Below are positions 37,317-50,379 of a stretch of 64,000 nt of DNA, piece after piece. The position numbers and the translations under genes were made by a program. The stretch comes from Callorhinchus milii (lineage: Eukaryota). The first letter of the stretch is position 1; each line of letters begins with the position of its first letter. The notes under the pieces are model-generated. The model had not been told where the DNA came from. It saw nothing but the letters and a program-made list of their open reading frames with translations, and searched no databases. Location of the stretch: contig NW_024704742.1 of assembly GCF_018977255.1 (NCBI RefSeq), forward strand, positions 109,122,001-109,186,000, in the 5' to 3' direction.

Positions 37317-38608
37317 CTGAAAGCAATGATAAGTGACAAAAGCAAATTAAAACTCTGTGGATATTAAAGAGCTTGTATGCCTTTTCAGCTGGATATCAAA
37401 GATCCAATGGCACGATTCGAAAAGAGAAGGGAGTTTCTCCCGGCCAACAATCCCCCAAATAAAATTGGTCACTCACTCCATGACTGTTTGTTGTACATTG
37501 CTGTGCGCAACTGTCTGCTGCATTTCACAGTCAAACCACTTTACAGTGTATCCTGTAAAGCACTTTGAAATATCTCAACAACGTGATAGGGCACTTTATC
37601 AAATGCAAGGATTATTATTACTCTAATATTTGTTATTCACTAATTTCCTATAATGTATAAACCAGTAATCGAAATGTTAAACAAAACAATTAATCACTTC
37701 CCCAAGAAAGTTTGGTTGATACCAAATGCCAAATCTTTTCCACAGCCTTTTTGTAAAAGACAGAAGTGGGTGATAGGGCAGTCATTTGGAAGGTCAGCTA
37801 AAATAAAACAATTTGCAATAAACATAAAAGACTAAGTTATTATAAAGTTGAAGAAATCTATTTTTCCCAAAAGCATGCAGGAGAGGAGTGCCCTCCTATG
37901 ATATTATTTTACCAGGTCACAAATCTGATGCACTGAGAGAACAGGAAGCAAGTCAAGTCTGTTGCCAGGTATCATTATATGATTTGTAGTCAGGAAGCCC
38001 ACCACAGCCTCCTCATTTGAGTTCCAACCGGTCCCATTAGAGGAAGATACTGAACCTTCACTCAATGTCTTTACACTACATGGTAGTTCAATCACAAAAT
38101 GAAGGAGGAAATAGAGCTTGCTTCCTTCCACTCCATAGTTCCTTAATTGAGCATTTTAATCAGCATTGTCCTTCAGACGATAGACAAAATTGGCATCTTA
38201 TAACTGGCTAGTTTTCCACTCCCTAATCCTGGAATGTTTGGGGACAATACCCATGCAGTCTCAGCTGAGACCAACAATCTTAGCACAGACCAGGAATTTG
38301 AACCAATGATCTCCTGGTCTGTAAATCGCAGCTCTATCCACTATTACACCATCATTTATATTTGGGACGTCCTCCCTACATGAAAGGCGCTCTATATATG
38401 CAATCGTTGTTGTTGTTTCAGTGTAGATGTACTACCTTTATAGCTTCTACATCCTACTATAACTAATATGGGCATACATGATTTACTAACCACCAGGGAA
38501 AGTATAGTTATTAAGCATGTGACAATAAATAGACTTGTTTAGTCAAAAGAAATGTTTAGAAAAATTCAAAAGAAATATGATCACTGCAAGTTTAAATGTG
38601 CTTCCTAC

Positions 38609-38768
38609 CTGATTGAATGGTGCCCAGAAGTGTAATCAGTCTTTCCATACACCTTTGTGTAGTAGCCATAATTTTTCAGAATGTCCATCCAGGTCGGGTA
38701 ATCATTGCTTAGGCACTTGTAATTATTCCATGATTCAGTTAAATGAGGATAGAGACCGCTCCACAGGG
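38609..38768 (-). CDS. ARSK: ARSK exon 3 (ALWSGLYPHLTESWNN...DYTSGHHSIS)
   Basis: Within ORF 38605..38817; AAG acceptor, GTAGGA donor, 160 bp, phase-consistent. Confidence 0.93.
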
Positions 38769-39579
38769 CTTTTTTTAAAAAAAAATGTGTATCAATACAA
38801 CACTTCCATATATGCACTTGTTTTAAAATGACTATGCATTAAAACAAATATTTGTTTAGGGTAGGAATCAGAATTTTAGAAAGAAAAAAAATCATACTTA
38901 GCCTTCACAACAAAAGCTGGATGACAAAGCAAATGAGAGCAATTGCCTGGGCAAACATTTGTTGTTCCAAGGTGCTTATGTCCGGATAACATTTATTTTA
39001 GTGTTTTTATGTGCAAGGCTTACATTGAATTCAAAAAATGTTAAATCATTTTACTCACTAGCTAAACTAAATTGAATAAAACATGGTAACCCTCATTGTG
39101 TCCTGAAAAGGACTTCAGTATTCTGTCTTCAGAAACAACCTCAGTTATCAAGATAGATAGTTATAAATTTAACTACCACGGGTACCTGTCTTTTTTAGAA
39201 CGTGTTTGGATTCTCAGCAAATAACTCACAAATCTCTGTTTAGTGGAAGTTTTGCTCGGTCTAAACCTTCTTACGCATTGTGAATAAACCAAATCACTTA
39301 TTTTGACTTCCACCTGAATACATATTTTAGATCTCAGACAGATTGAACATTTAGTCCTCCTGACTTGAAAGACGCTATATAAAATTAAATTGCATTCTCA
39401 GAAAAGGCAATTTCAGCAGCTGTCCCAAGTAGAGACCTTCCAAAATGTCAAGATTTAACATGCAGTTTTAAAATTTGTGGTAACTAGATTTAAATTTCAC
39501 ATAAACGGAATGCAGTCACAATATATGATCATGTTGAGCCTGAAGCAAAACAAATTTGTCCTAATAATTAGCTTAATAA

Positions 39580-39905
39580 GTGGAGTCCTGTAGCTCAGTG
39601 GTTAGAGCACTCGCTTTTCAAGTGAGAGACCTGAGTTCAATTCCAGGCAGGGCGAAACCTTGGGCAAGTTTCCTTACTCCACACGCCTAATAATAATCCC
39701 TCCAAAACCAAAAACAATAATAAATTGGTCATTTTCAATCTACGACTGTTTGTGGGACATTGCTGTGCGCAATTGGCTGCCGCGTTTGCTCACAAAAAAA
39801 TGTACAGTCAATTCACTTTACAGTGTGTTCTGTGACGCGCTTTGGGACATCCTCCCGACGTGAAAAGCGCTATATCAAATGCAAGGATTATTATTATTAT
39901 TATAA
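39580..39905 (+). mobile_element. SINE, young full-length copy
   Basis: Near identical to the copies at 1735 and 25727. Confidence 0.9.
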
Positions 39906-41684
39906 TATGTCCCACCAGAAGAACAAAAGTAGGCCTTTTCAGCAGACTTGAAATTTAGCCAAAAGAACAGTTGAAATCACAGGTACAATTAATTCCTTTA
40001 ATTCATTTGCTCTTTCTTAATCAACAATCATACTTTTTCCTATCATAATCTTTAATGTCTTGCCTTACCAGCACCTTAGGACGTCCTTCTGAACTGAAAG
40101 GCGCTTTACCTAATGTAATTTTGTTGTTATTGTTGTAAATCGCTTGATTTTTTTTAAACATCCCATCCACTTTTATAACCATTGGTTATTTCCTTGGATC
40201 TGTTTCATATTGCCAAACAAGATATCACAACAAAATATGCCAACACTTCCTCGAAGATGCAATGAATTATGTTTTCTGACTATCTATTTAGGCGGTTTTA
40301 AATTTCTAATTGTTAAGATGCACAATACATCTTACTTAAATTTATAATGAAAGATCATAGTAGTAACAAAAAAAATCTTTGGACTTTACAAAAACTGTTT
40401 AAATTCCTTTAAAAAATTTAGACTTTTGTAATCCTGCTTTCAACACATGGAATTTCAGTGCTATGTTGATAAATTATAGTTTTTGAATTCTAGTTAATGC
40501 AAATAGAAGACAGTGTCTCTAGCCCTTGACCTTTGAATAATATCAAGCACACACAGTTTGGAAATGTTGTGTTGCTAGGGAAAATCCCACCAACATTTTG
40601 GCGTCCTTGTTGACGTCAACACTGAACCTCAGGTGGTAACATAACATCAAAGAACAACCACTACATATCTTTTCTAAGGCCGAACTGTCTGGACATTCAT
40701 TTAAATAACGGTTCAGCAGCTGGGTTAGGAACCAAGAAGTAATTTCCGTTAAAGTGTGCATTGAAACAAATGCACATTTCATCTTAAATTCATCTTAAAT
40801 ATGCCCTCTGAATAATATCCTGCATCTTAGTGCTATTACAATCAAAAGAACTAGTGATGCTAACCATGTTGCAAGATCATGTAGGAATATCAATATAAAC
40901 AAATATTTCAGCTCATTTGATCAGCCCTCTTTACACCATATATATTTCACCAAAATGAAGGGCAAGTGAAATGCTTCTAGGATTTCTCTTTTAGGAGTGT
41001 TTAGAAGAGAAACTTATTTACCCATCTATTTTTTTCTTCTTCTGGGAAAGGGTCTTTATTTCACTGTCCATCCCTGACTTCTCTAACTGAGACTTGGATG
41101 CATATATGAGAAATTGGTTCAGTACTTGTATCGTCATATTCAGTGGTGCAGACAGATTTTTAATGATAACCATCCAGTCACTTTCTTTATTTACCATCTT
41201 GATGTTCCTTCAATGTTATGCCAAATATATATACATCCATCCCTATATGCATTTTTTTCAATTTTGTATCATTATTGCAACTAGAAGAGCACTTTCAAGT
41301 GAATTTAAAATAATATATACATAGCATAGTGATGGAATTCTAATACAGCAGTGTTGTATTGCACTCTTTTTGTTTTGGGCCTTGTGACTTGTTCAGATTT
41401 TGGCTACACTGTGCTTAGACTAAGCGCTCGGAGATGCTTCTCCATGATAAGGGCACGATATAAATGCAAGTTGTTGTTGCAATCTGTACCACAAATAGTT
41501 CAGAACCAGTCATAAAATCTTGATATACAGATGATCATCCACCACTTCCATACCTCCAGGATGACGTGTTCACACTGAACACCAGGAATCTTATGATTTG
41601 TATCACACTCACTCGGTTGGTTGCACTCCTTCTGAGTCAGAGAGGTTTGTGGGTTCAACCCAATATTGGAACTTTGAGATCATA

Positions 41685-43605
41685 GGGCAGCTTGGTCCAC
41701 AAGGCGGCCCATGGGCTGCAACCTGCCCGGTGAATAATTTTGTCTGGCCGCAAACCATTTCCTACTTCACTGCTTTACCTCTCCGCTGTGCCTGTTTTTC
41801 AGTCGGTCTCTATGAGACAGCGCGGAAAGTGACAGGATGAGGGGTGGAGCTGCAGCGCGAAACCTTGGGCAAGTTTCCTTACTCCACACGCCTAATAATA
41901 ATCCCTCCAAAACAAAACAATAATAAATTGTTCATTTTCAATCCACGACTGTAGGACACTGCTGTACGCGATTGGCTGCCGCGTTTCACCCACAAACATA
42001 CGGTCAATTCACTTTACAGCATATTCTGTGAAGCGCTTTGAGACGTCTAGAAGACGTGAATAGCGCTATATCAAATGCAAGGATTATAATTATATGTGCA
42101 TGCGGGACATATGTGCTTGTGACCGCCAGGAAGGTGGAAGGCAAACTAGATGGAGCTTGGTCTTCTTTCGTCCAGCGTTTCTTATGTTCTCTTTAAATCT
42201 GCAGGATGTTCATTAAAATCAGCATTAAAGAGTATACAGGGTGAGGGACGCTTTGTTTTTGAGGATGTCTAATAAAAACAGGATTAATCTTGTCTATAAT
42301 GCTAAGTGGTTGAATAGCCTTATATTTATTGTTTAGTCTGATTATAAAGAATGCATAGCAAGCGCTGCTAGCCAAATGGAGAGACCAAGCAGATTGGTGG
42401 GATTGGAGATCAGAGAGATAGGGAGGGGCTACGGTATTGTCACGGTATCTTATCTCTGGGTGAGAATTACCTGCTTGGCTGCAACAGCCCCCCCATGTCC
42501 CCTTTCACCTCACCCAGACCATCCACACTGCCTTCTCCCTCTGCCTTGGCTCCTGCCACTCCCCCCTCCTTACATTCCTTTGTCTCCATTTCTCCCTCCT
42601 CCCTCTCAACTACAATCACTGGGATCAAGTTCACCACCTGCTGCCTCGATACCCTCCCCACCCAGTGCTGGTCACTCAACTCCCCCTTCTCTCCTCCCTG
42701 CTGACTGACACAGTCAACCAGTCTCTCCTCAGCCTCTGCTCCACGCCCACTGAAAACCACTGTTATCACACCCTTCTTCAAAAAAACCATCCCTCTAATC
42801 TCTCACACTACCATCCCATCTCCAACCTACCCTTCCTTACCAAAGTCCTGGAACGCATTGTTGTAGGAACTTCAGTCACACCTCTTTTTTCACTCCTTCC
42901 TTGAGCCCCTGCAATCTGGTTTTCGCCCTGCCCACTGCATGGAGACAGAGCTTGTCAAAGTCACAAACAACATCCTCTCTATCTGTGACCAGGGTTCCCT
43001 CTGCCTCCTAGTCCTCTTGGATCTCTGCTGCGTGGACCTTGGTCATTTTTAATCTAGCATTTCTTATGTTCTTAAGATATCCTCTGGCTTTGCCCCTCCC
43101 TGTTATTTTGCATTAAATATTCTGCCTAAAGCCTGTATTTTGCAATTTTAAAACTACAGAATTATGAGTCTCAGTAGGAAATGCAAGATAGATATAGAAA
43201 ATAGAGGATTTTAGTGTAAGTGGTTTACTTGTTTATTGGAAGTAATGGAAAACCTCAGTCCCTTGTTTGCTTGCAAGTCATATCTGTGTTAAGGAGTTCA
43301 AAGTTCATTTTACAATTATGGATTAATCTGTTTTGGTTTTGTTGAGTATTCTCTGTAGGGGTCACCATACGATGAGTTGATATCTTGTGTTTTGACTTCA
43401 ATACATTAAAAAATTATTTGCATATATTTCCATTTGAGATTATATCATTACCTAATACAGTCATACAATTTAAACATAGGATTTCTGTATGATCTTTTAT
43501 GTTTCTGGAAGGGAAAAACTAAAGTATTGCTTATGCGTCCTGCGGACGTTTTTCAAATGTGGCATTCGGCCCTCAACATCAACCACAAATGTTGGATCAC
43601 CTTAG
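41685..43605 (+). mobile_element. Decayed hAT-like DNA transposon containing nested insertions, itself inside an old Deu-type SINE
   Basis: GCGGCCC-type subterminal motifs at both ends (41703-41750; 43535-43600); the SINE core resumes at about 43605. Confidence 0.55.
42144..43028 (+). repeat. Copy B of the inverted duplication, in ARSK intron 2
   Basis: The differences I saw were a 3-bp indel and a single substitution. Confidence 0.93.
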
Positions 43606-46014
43606 TCTAAGCTGACATTCCAATGCAGTACTGGAGGAACGCTGCATGTTTGGAGGTGGTGTCCTTCAGATGTGTTTTTAAACTGAGGGTCATTGCTGCG
43701 CGCAAATTGGCTTGGGACATCCTCCCAACGTGAAAGGCGCTATTCAAATGTAATCTTGCTGTTGTTGGCTGCTGCATTCTCTACAAATACAGTTAATGAT
43801 AAAATTCTGTAAAGCGCTTGGATGTGATAAGGTCAACTTTCTGATGCATTATAGATCCATTCATGAGGTATATAACTGATAATGCTGTTCTCCTTTTGCT
43901 AATATCACCACTTATTGTATGTCATCTGGAGATGCAGGCATGCATAAGAATGAAGTGGATTACAGGATTGTAAAATAAAACAAACATCCAGCTAAGTGTG
44001 TGCATGATTAAATCACCAGCTGCAGTGCACTCACTAATTGATACATCAAATTGCCTGTTATCTGTATTACTGAAGAAACAGAAAACAGAATATCCCTTGT
44101 TGGGAAAAACAAGTTAAAAAAAACAAAGATCTTCCCAGGTTAAATAGAAAGAAAGATTAGCAAATAGAAATTGATATCTGCAATGGGAAAATATTTAAAC
44201 AAGAGATAAAAGGCAATATTAAGAAACAATTTAATGTATTGAAAACTGAGGTTCCTTGATGAAGAGGACGATCAGATCAAATCTGAAAGTAGAAATAAAA
44301 TAGGGCTTACAGGACAAATATTAAAAATGAAACTCAGGGCAATATAAAGTATAAAGGAAAGCTGCAAAAGGGGAAATGAGAAAAGGCATATTTTCTTTCA
44401 AGAAGGATCTTAAGAGAAAATTAGCAAAAAGAGCAATTCTAAGGCTTTCGATCAGCACCTTTTTTGTAAGTAGATACTATAGTCAAAAGAAGGGGTATAG
44501 TCATTAAGAGATGAAGGAATTGTGGTGGTAATATATCGTTTTTTCCAGAGGAGGTGAATCTTGGCTTTGTGGAATCACCAAGGGGTAGATGTGTATAAAA
44601 CAGCTAGATCTAGGTGTGGGTAGAACAACTAGAATTACAATAATGAAAATTACAATTATTTTTCCATTATTGTCATTCTAGTTTCTTCAGCTCTATTTAT
44701 TTGAATACAATTAGAACTATAATATTTTCTCTAGCATTGCTGGACAGAAGCTAGAGAAAAATATTAGAGAGTTCTGATTGCAATTTCCATTATTCTGTGG
44801 AAAGGAAAATCAGACAGGAAACTATAGCAGCGTTCTAACTATTTCAATTGGAAGTAAACTATCAGAATCTATACTATAGGATAACATTACTGAACAAATG
44901 GGGGGAAAAAGATAATTTGACAATTAGGGGCAATGGGCATGGAATTCTTAAAGCAGGTCATGCTTGATTTTAGGGCATAAATATAAAACAGCTGGTAATA
45001 AATAAAGAGATAAAGAATAATAAATGTCTTCATGCAGAATGATGAGAATGTGGAACGTACTGCAGGAACTTGTGCTTGAGGCAAATAGCATTAATACATT
45101 TAAGAGAAAACTTGATGTATACATGAGGGAGGATGGAATGGTGAGGGGATGAGGAGGGACACAGGCTTTTGTGGAATATAAACACTGGCATGGTGGACTG
45201 AATGCCCTGTTTCTGTGCAGTATAGCTCTATGTAACTCTATACATTTGAGGATATAATGAAGGGCAAAGATAAAGGAATGCATTATACTTTATGATACTT
45301 TAAATACTTTACTTTAAAGTATTTTATAATGCGCCATGGCTTCATCATCTCTAGATTTTACTTCTCAAACACTCTCCTCTCCAGCTCATCTAGCTTTACC
45401 TCATCCAGAACCCCATAGATCATATTCTATCTTGCACTAGGCACCACAAGCTCATTCTTGCCAGACTCCACTGAATCCCTGACAAATGGATTGGTAAGAT
45501 CTTATTCTGACCTTCAAATTCCTCCACTCTTTTGAACCATCCTACAACTGAAAATCTCCTCCAATACCAGTTTCTCACTCACTCTGTAAATTCAAACCTC
45601 CCATGTGCCACTTACCCATTCATCTCCATTTTATGGCCTGATCTTGAGAAATACTTCCCAAGAACGTTCCATCTTGCACCCTCTCTTCCTGTTTTTAATT
45701 TCCTTTTAAAAATCCACCTCTTTGACTGTGTTTTCTGTTGCTCAGTGGTTGGAGCACTCGCTTCACAAGCGAGAGACCTGGGTTCGATCCCCGGCAGGGC
45801 GAAATGTTGGGCACACACCTCTGTTTACCTAGCAGTAAGTAGGAACCCACTTGTTAGTCGATTTGCGGATCGCTTTTTGGGGGATAATTCCTTTTTAAAA
45901 AGAATTGGTCACTTCAATTCACGACTATTTGTGGGACACTGCTGTGCACAATTGAGTTGCGCTTTTCGCCCACAAAATATGCAGTCAATAATTCACTTTA
46001 CAGTATATTTATAA

Positions 46015-46890
46015 ATCGGTGCATAGAAAACAAAAATCAGGAAGTTATGATCAACCTTTATAAAACACTGATTAGGCCTCAGCTAGAGTACCGTGTCCAG
46101 TTCTGGCCACCACACTTTAGGAAGGACGTCAAGGCATTGGAGAGGATGCAAAGGAGATTTAATAATAATAATAATCCTTGCATTTGATATAGCGCTTTTC
46201 ACGTCAGGAGGACGTCCCAAAGCGCTTCACAGAACACACTGTAAAGTGAATTGACTGTATATTTGTGGGCGAACGCGGCAGCCAATTGCGCACAGCAATG
46301 TCCCACAAACAGTCGTAGATTGATAATGACCAATTTTTTAATTATTGTTTTTGGTGGGATTATTATTAGGGTTGTGGAGTAAGGAAACTTGCCCAAGGTT
46401 TCACCCTGTCTGGAATTGAACTCAGGTTTACCAGGATTGCACCAAGAATGAAGAACTAGTTATCAGGAGAGGCTAGAGAAGCTAGGATTATTCTCCTCGG
46501 AGCAGAGAAGGTTAAGAGGAGACTTAATAGAAATTTTCAAAATTATGAGGGGATTTGATAGGTTGAACAAGGAGAAACTATTTCCACTGGCGGGTGGGTT
46601 GGTAACCCGAGAACGCCGATTTAAAATAGCTGTTAAAAGAAATAGAGGGGAGGTGAGGAGAAATTTTTTCACATAGCGAGTTGTTTGGATCTGGAATGCA
46701 TTGCCTGAAAGGGTGGTGGAAGCCAATTCGATAACAACTTTTAAGAGAGAAGTAGATAATTATTTGCGGAGGTCAAGTTTGCAGGGCTATGGGGAGAGAG
46801 CAGAGAGTGGGATTGAATTGGGTAGCATCTTTCAAAGAGCCTGCACAGACACGATGGGCTGAATGGCCTCCTTCTTTGCTGTATAATTCT
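46015..46890 (+). mobile_element. CR1 LINE 3' fragment (second subfamily)
   Basis: LYKTLIRPQLEYRVQFWPPHFRKDVKALER; CR1-type 3' UTR. Confidence 0.87.
46161..46426 (-). mobile_element. 5'-truncated SINE nested in a CR1 3' fragment
   Basis: Interrupts CR1 sequence at ...ALERMQRRF. Confidence 0.87.
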
Positions 46891-49406
46891 ATGATATTCT
46901 GTAAAGCGCTTTGAGAGGTCTCAAAGACATGATAAGGCACTATATCAAATGCAAGGAGTATTATTAGTATATCATCTTCCTCCTGCATTTCCCTTCTTTC
47001 TCATCTTGCTTGGTAATCCACGAGAATCCTGAGGTTTTTTTTTAATGTTCAAGCCTATGCTTCCAGCATGCATGTATAAATCCTATAGTAACTCCAAAGT
47101 ATTTTAATACCAAAGACAGTGCCCAATTTATCTGGCAAAAATAAGTGTTTAGAATAACAATGGTTGATTTAGGCAATTTACTGGAGGGAAGACTGCCTAA
47201 GGAATTGTATTGCAGCACAAGTCAATGTCGTCAAGAGGAGAGGTAAAGACAAGAAACTATTTTTGAATTAAAACTGTTTTGTTCTCAGTTTTATTTAATG
47301 CATTAGTCCAATTTGGAATGAGTTAAGAATTGCAGTAAATATTAGAGGATTACAAATTGCAAAATTACAAGTTTTGGTATGGGAGAATATTTAAATTTTG
47401 CGCTTGCTAAGAAAATAGTTGAAATGTCAAATAAAATGTTTGACACTGGTAACTGCTTCAGAACAGTGAGTCACAAGCTAGTTATACTACAGGCTCGTGT
47501 TCCTAATATGGGTAAAGGAGATTTGTGTATACCTGTTTAAAACATGTGTATGGAATTCTGTTCACCAATGATAATGACAATTTTAATGTTGACGAAATAC
47601 ACAATGTCTAGATTCAGCATTTGCAGCAACATGATTCATCCAAATCAAATTGAAAATCTGAAGCATCAGATGTCATGTTCATGATACTAAAAAGAGATGC
47701 AGCAGATCCTGCTCTCAAATGAGCTTGAATGTTTATAGAAGATTTTAACTAATTCTTTCAATTGTAACAATGGTACAATGTGAATATATGTTAATATCAC
47801 TCAGGTATGCTTAAGACCCTCTCATTTTCATAATTAGTTTGCATATGCGGAATAGGACAGATTTACTGTTCGATGGTTTCCAGGTGTATTGCTGCTTACG
47901 TTCCTAATTCCTGACCAACTAGAGACTATCCTCGTGGAGAGAGTGTGCAGGGTGGTGAAGTGGGTCTCCTTGAAACTGAACTGGCTCCAGGGTGACATGT
48001 TTGGCAATGAAATAATCATAAGAATGTCGGAATTGAGGCATCTGTGGTGATTTTGGTAGTCCAGTTCCTGAGTCAGGTGGGTCCGCAGTACTCCAGGGCA
48101 CTGCTGACGTCTGCACAGCTAATCCTGGCTCATCGGCAGGACGTGAAGGAGCAGACCCCCAGACTGTCATGGAAGTACGGATTCTCTCCACTCTGCTCCT
48201 GTTAACCTATTCTAAAGGTTTGCAGGGCTATGGGGAGAGCGCGGGGAAGTGGATTGATTTGGATGGCGTCCTTCTGTGCTGTATAATTCTATGAACCGTG
48301 TAAGCCAAAGCCTTAACGGGTAGGGTGGTCCCAGGTGGACAAGCAGCAGGAAGCTTGTGTTTACAATGACAATATTCTTTCAATGGCACACTTAGAATGA
48401 TCTTATTATTATTTTATTAAGGTCACTTTAATAAATGCAAGTACAGGTATTTCACTTTTCACTCTATTCCACTGACTCAAGTGGAATTTTATTTTTTCCA
48501 GCAGCACAACACTGTCCTGTTTTTAAAAAAATCCAGATAATGTGTTAAAATTAATATTTTAAATATTGTGAATAGATAGTGCTTCCATTTACGTGTAAAA
48601 CGAAGGGCACGGCAAAAATCAGCAAGCTTTCAGGCTGATTGCTCTCAAGCAACCTCTGCTGGAAGTGGGTGTGTATACATGCAGATAGAGGAGGACAGGA
48701 TTCAGGATTTGATTGTGATGCCTTCCCTCTTTCCTCCCTCCCATGATGTAATAACATTTAACAGGTTTTTAATATAAAGGACATGCCATCACTTTTGGTA
48801 ATTTTGACATTTCTTCCCCTCCACCAGCCATGACAATTTACTTTAAAGAACTGCAGTCGTATTTACTTTGAAATTTATTGACAAACATGTCAAAAAAGCA
48901 CTTCACAGAACATACTAGAAAGTGAATTAACTGTATTTTGGGCCAAAACGCAGCAGCCAGTTTGTGCACAGCAATGTCCCACAAAGAACTACAGAGTGAG
49001 TGATCAATTTTATTGGGGGATTTGTTAGCCAGGACACCAAGGTAAACTATTTTCAAAACTCTTTTAAACCTTTTTTCAAATACTGTATTGAATCTTTAAC
49101 CTCCACCTGAACATACAGACAGAACCTTGGTTTAACATGTCAACCGAAGGACAACAACAACAACAACAAGATTCCATTTATAAAGCGCCTTTCACGTCAG
49201 GAGGACGTCCCAAGGCGCTGCACAGTTGGGTCATGACCCGAGCATTGGGGGGGAAATGGTCAGGGTGATGGGAGGGAGCGAGAAGGGGGAAGAGAGTCGA
49301 GAGGGGAGCTGAAGGCTCGGTCAAAGAGAACCATGTCCCAACCATGTCTGCAGTCTGTCTATGATTACAGTGGTGAGACATCACCTTGTTGACGAGTATC
49401 AACAAG

Positions 49407-49638
49407 ATAATAATAATCCCTCCAAAAAAACCAAAAAACAATAATAAAAAAAAAATTGGGTCATTTTCAATCTACGACTGTTTGTGGGACATTGCTGTGC
49501 GCAATTGGCTGCCGCGTTCGCCCACAAATATACAGTCAATTCACTTTACAGTGTGTTCTGTGAAGCGCTTTGGGACGTCCTCCCGACGTGAAAAGCGCTA
49601 TATCAAATGCAAGGATTATTATTATTATTATTATTATT
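49407..49638 (+). mobile_element. SINE 3' half, tail-to-tail with an L2 fragment
   Basis: Core plus (ATT)n tail. Confidence 0.85.
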
Positions 49639-49639
49639 A

Positions 49640-50080
49640 AAGGTTTTGAGACCGGCCTTGAAGGAGGAAAGGGAGGAGGCGGCGAAGGCACTGGGGGATA
49701 GAGTTCCAGAGCCTCGGGGCTGAGAGGCTGAAGGCCCGACCACCAATGGTAGGGCGATTGGGGCGGGGGATGTGGAGCAGACCGGAGCCGGAGGAACGGA
49801 GGGTACGGGCAGGTAGGTAGGGGGATAGTAGGTTGGAGAGGTAGGAGGGAGCGAGGCCATGAATGGCCTTGTAGGTGAGGATGAGGATCTTGAAATCAAT
49901 CCTCTGGGGGATGGGGAGCCAGTGGAGGCGAGCGAGGGTGGGAGTGATGTGGTCCCGAAGCCTGGTGCGGGACAGTACACGAGCTGCAGAGTTCTGGATG
50001 ACCTGCAGCTTGTGGAGGGAGGTGGCGGGAAGGCCGGCGAGGAGAGAGTTCCCATAGTCCAGCCTTGAGATGACAAAGGC
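49640..50080 (-). mobile_element. Young L2 ORF2 C-terminal fragment, frame still open
   Basis: SRLDYGNSLLAGLP...LHWLPIPQRIDFKIL...AFSLSAPRLWNSIP. Confidence 0.9.
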
Positions 50081-50379
50081 ACCTCCAACAATGCATTGGA
50101 GCATCAGCTTAGACAATGATTCCAAGTCCTGATGTGGAGCTTGAACTCAACAACTTTCTGACTCAGAGACTCTGAGCCAGGCTGACACGATGTAGGCACA
50201 TTTCTAAGTGTAGAAAGAGCAACAGGAATGACATGATAGACAAAGACCTCAAATAAAAGACAATTAACTGAACAATGTTAGCAAGTAGGAAAGAGTTAGG
50301 GTGTGACTTATTTCATATTTAAAGGTAGCAAACATGTAAATCATCAGTGATTTAAAAACAAAATTATAGGTAAACGTGT

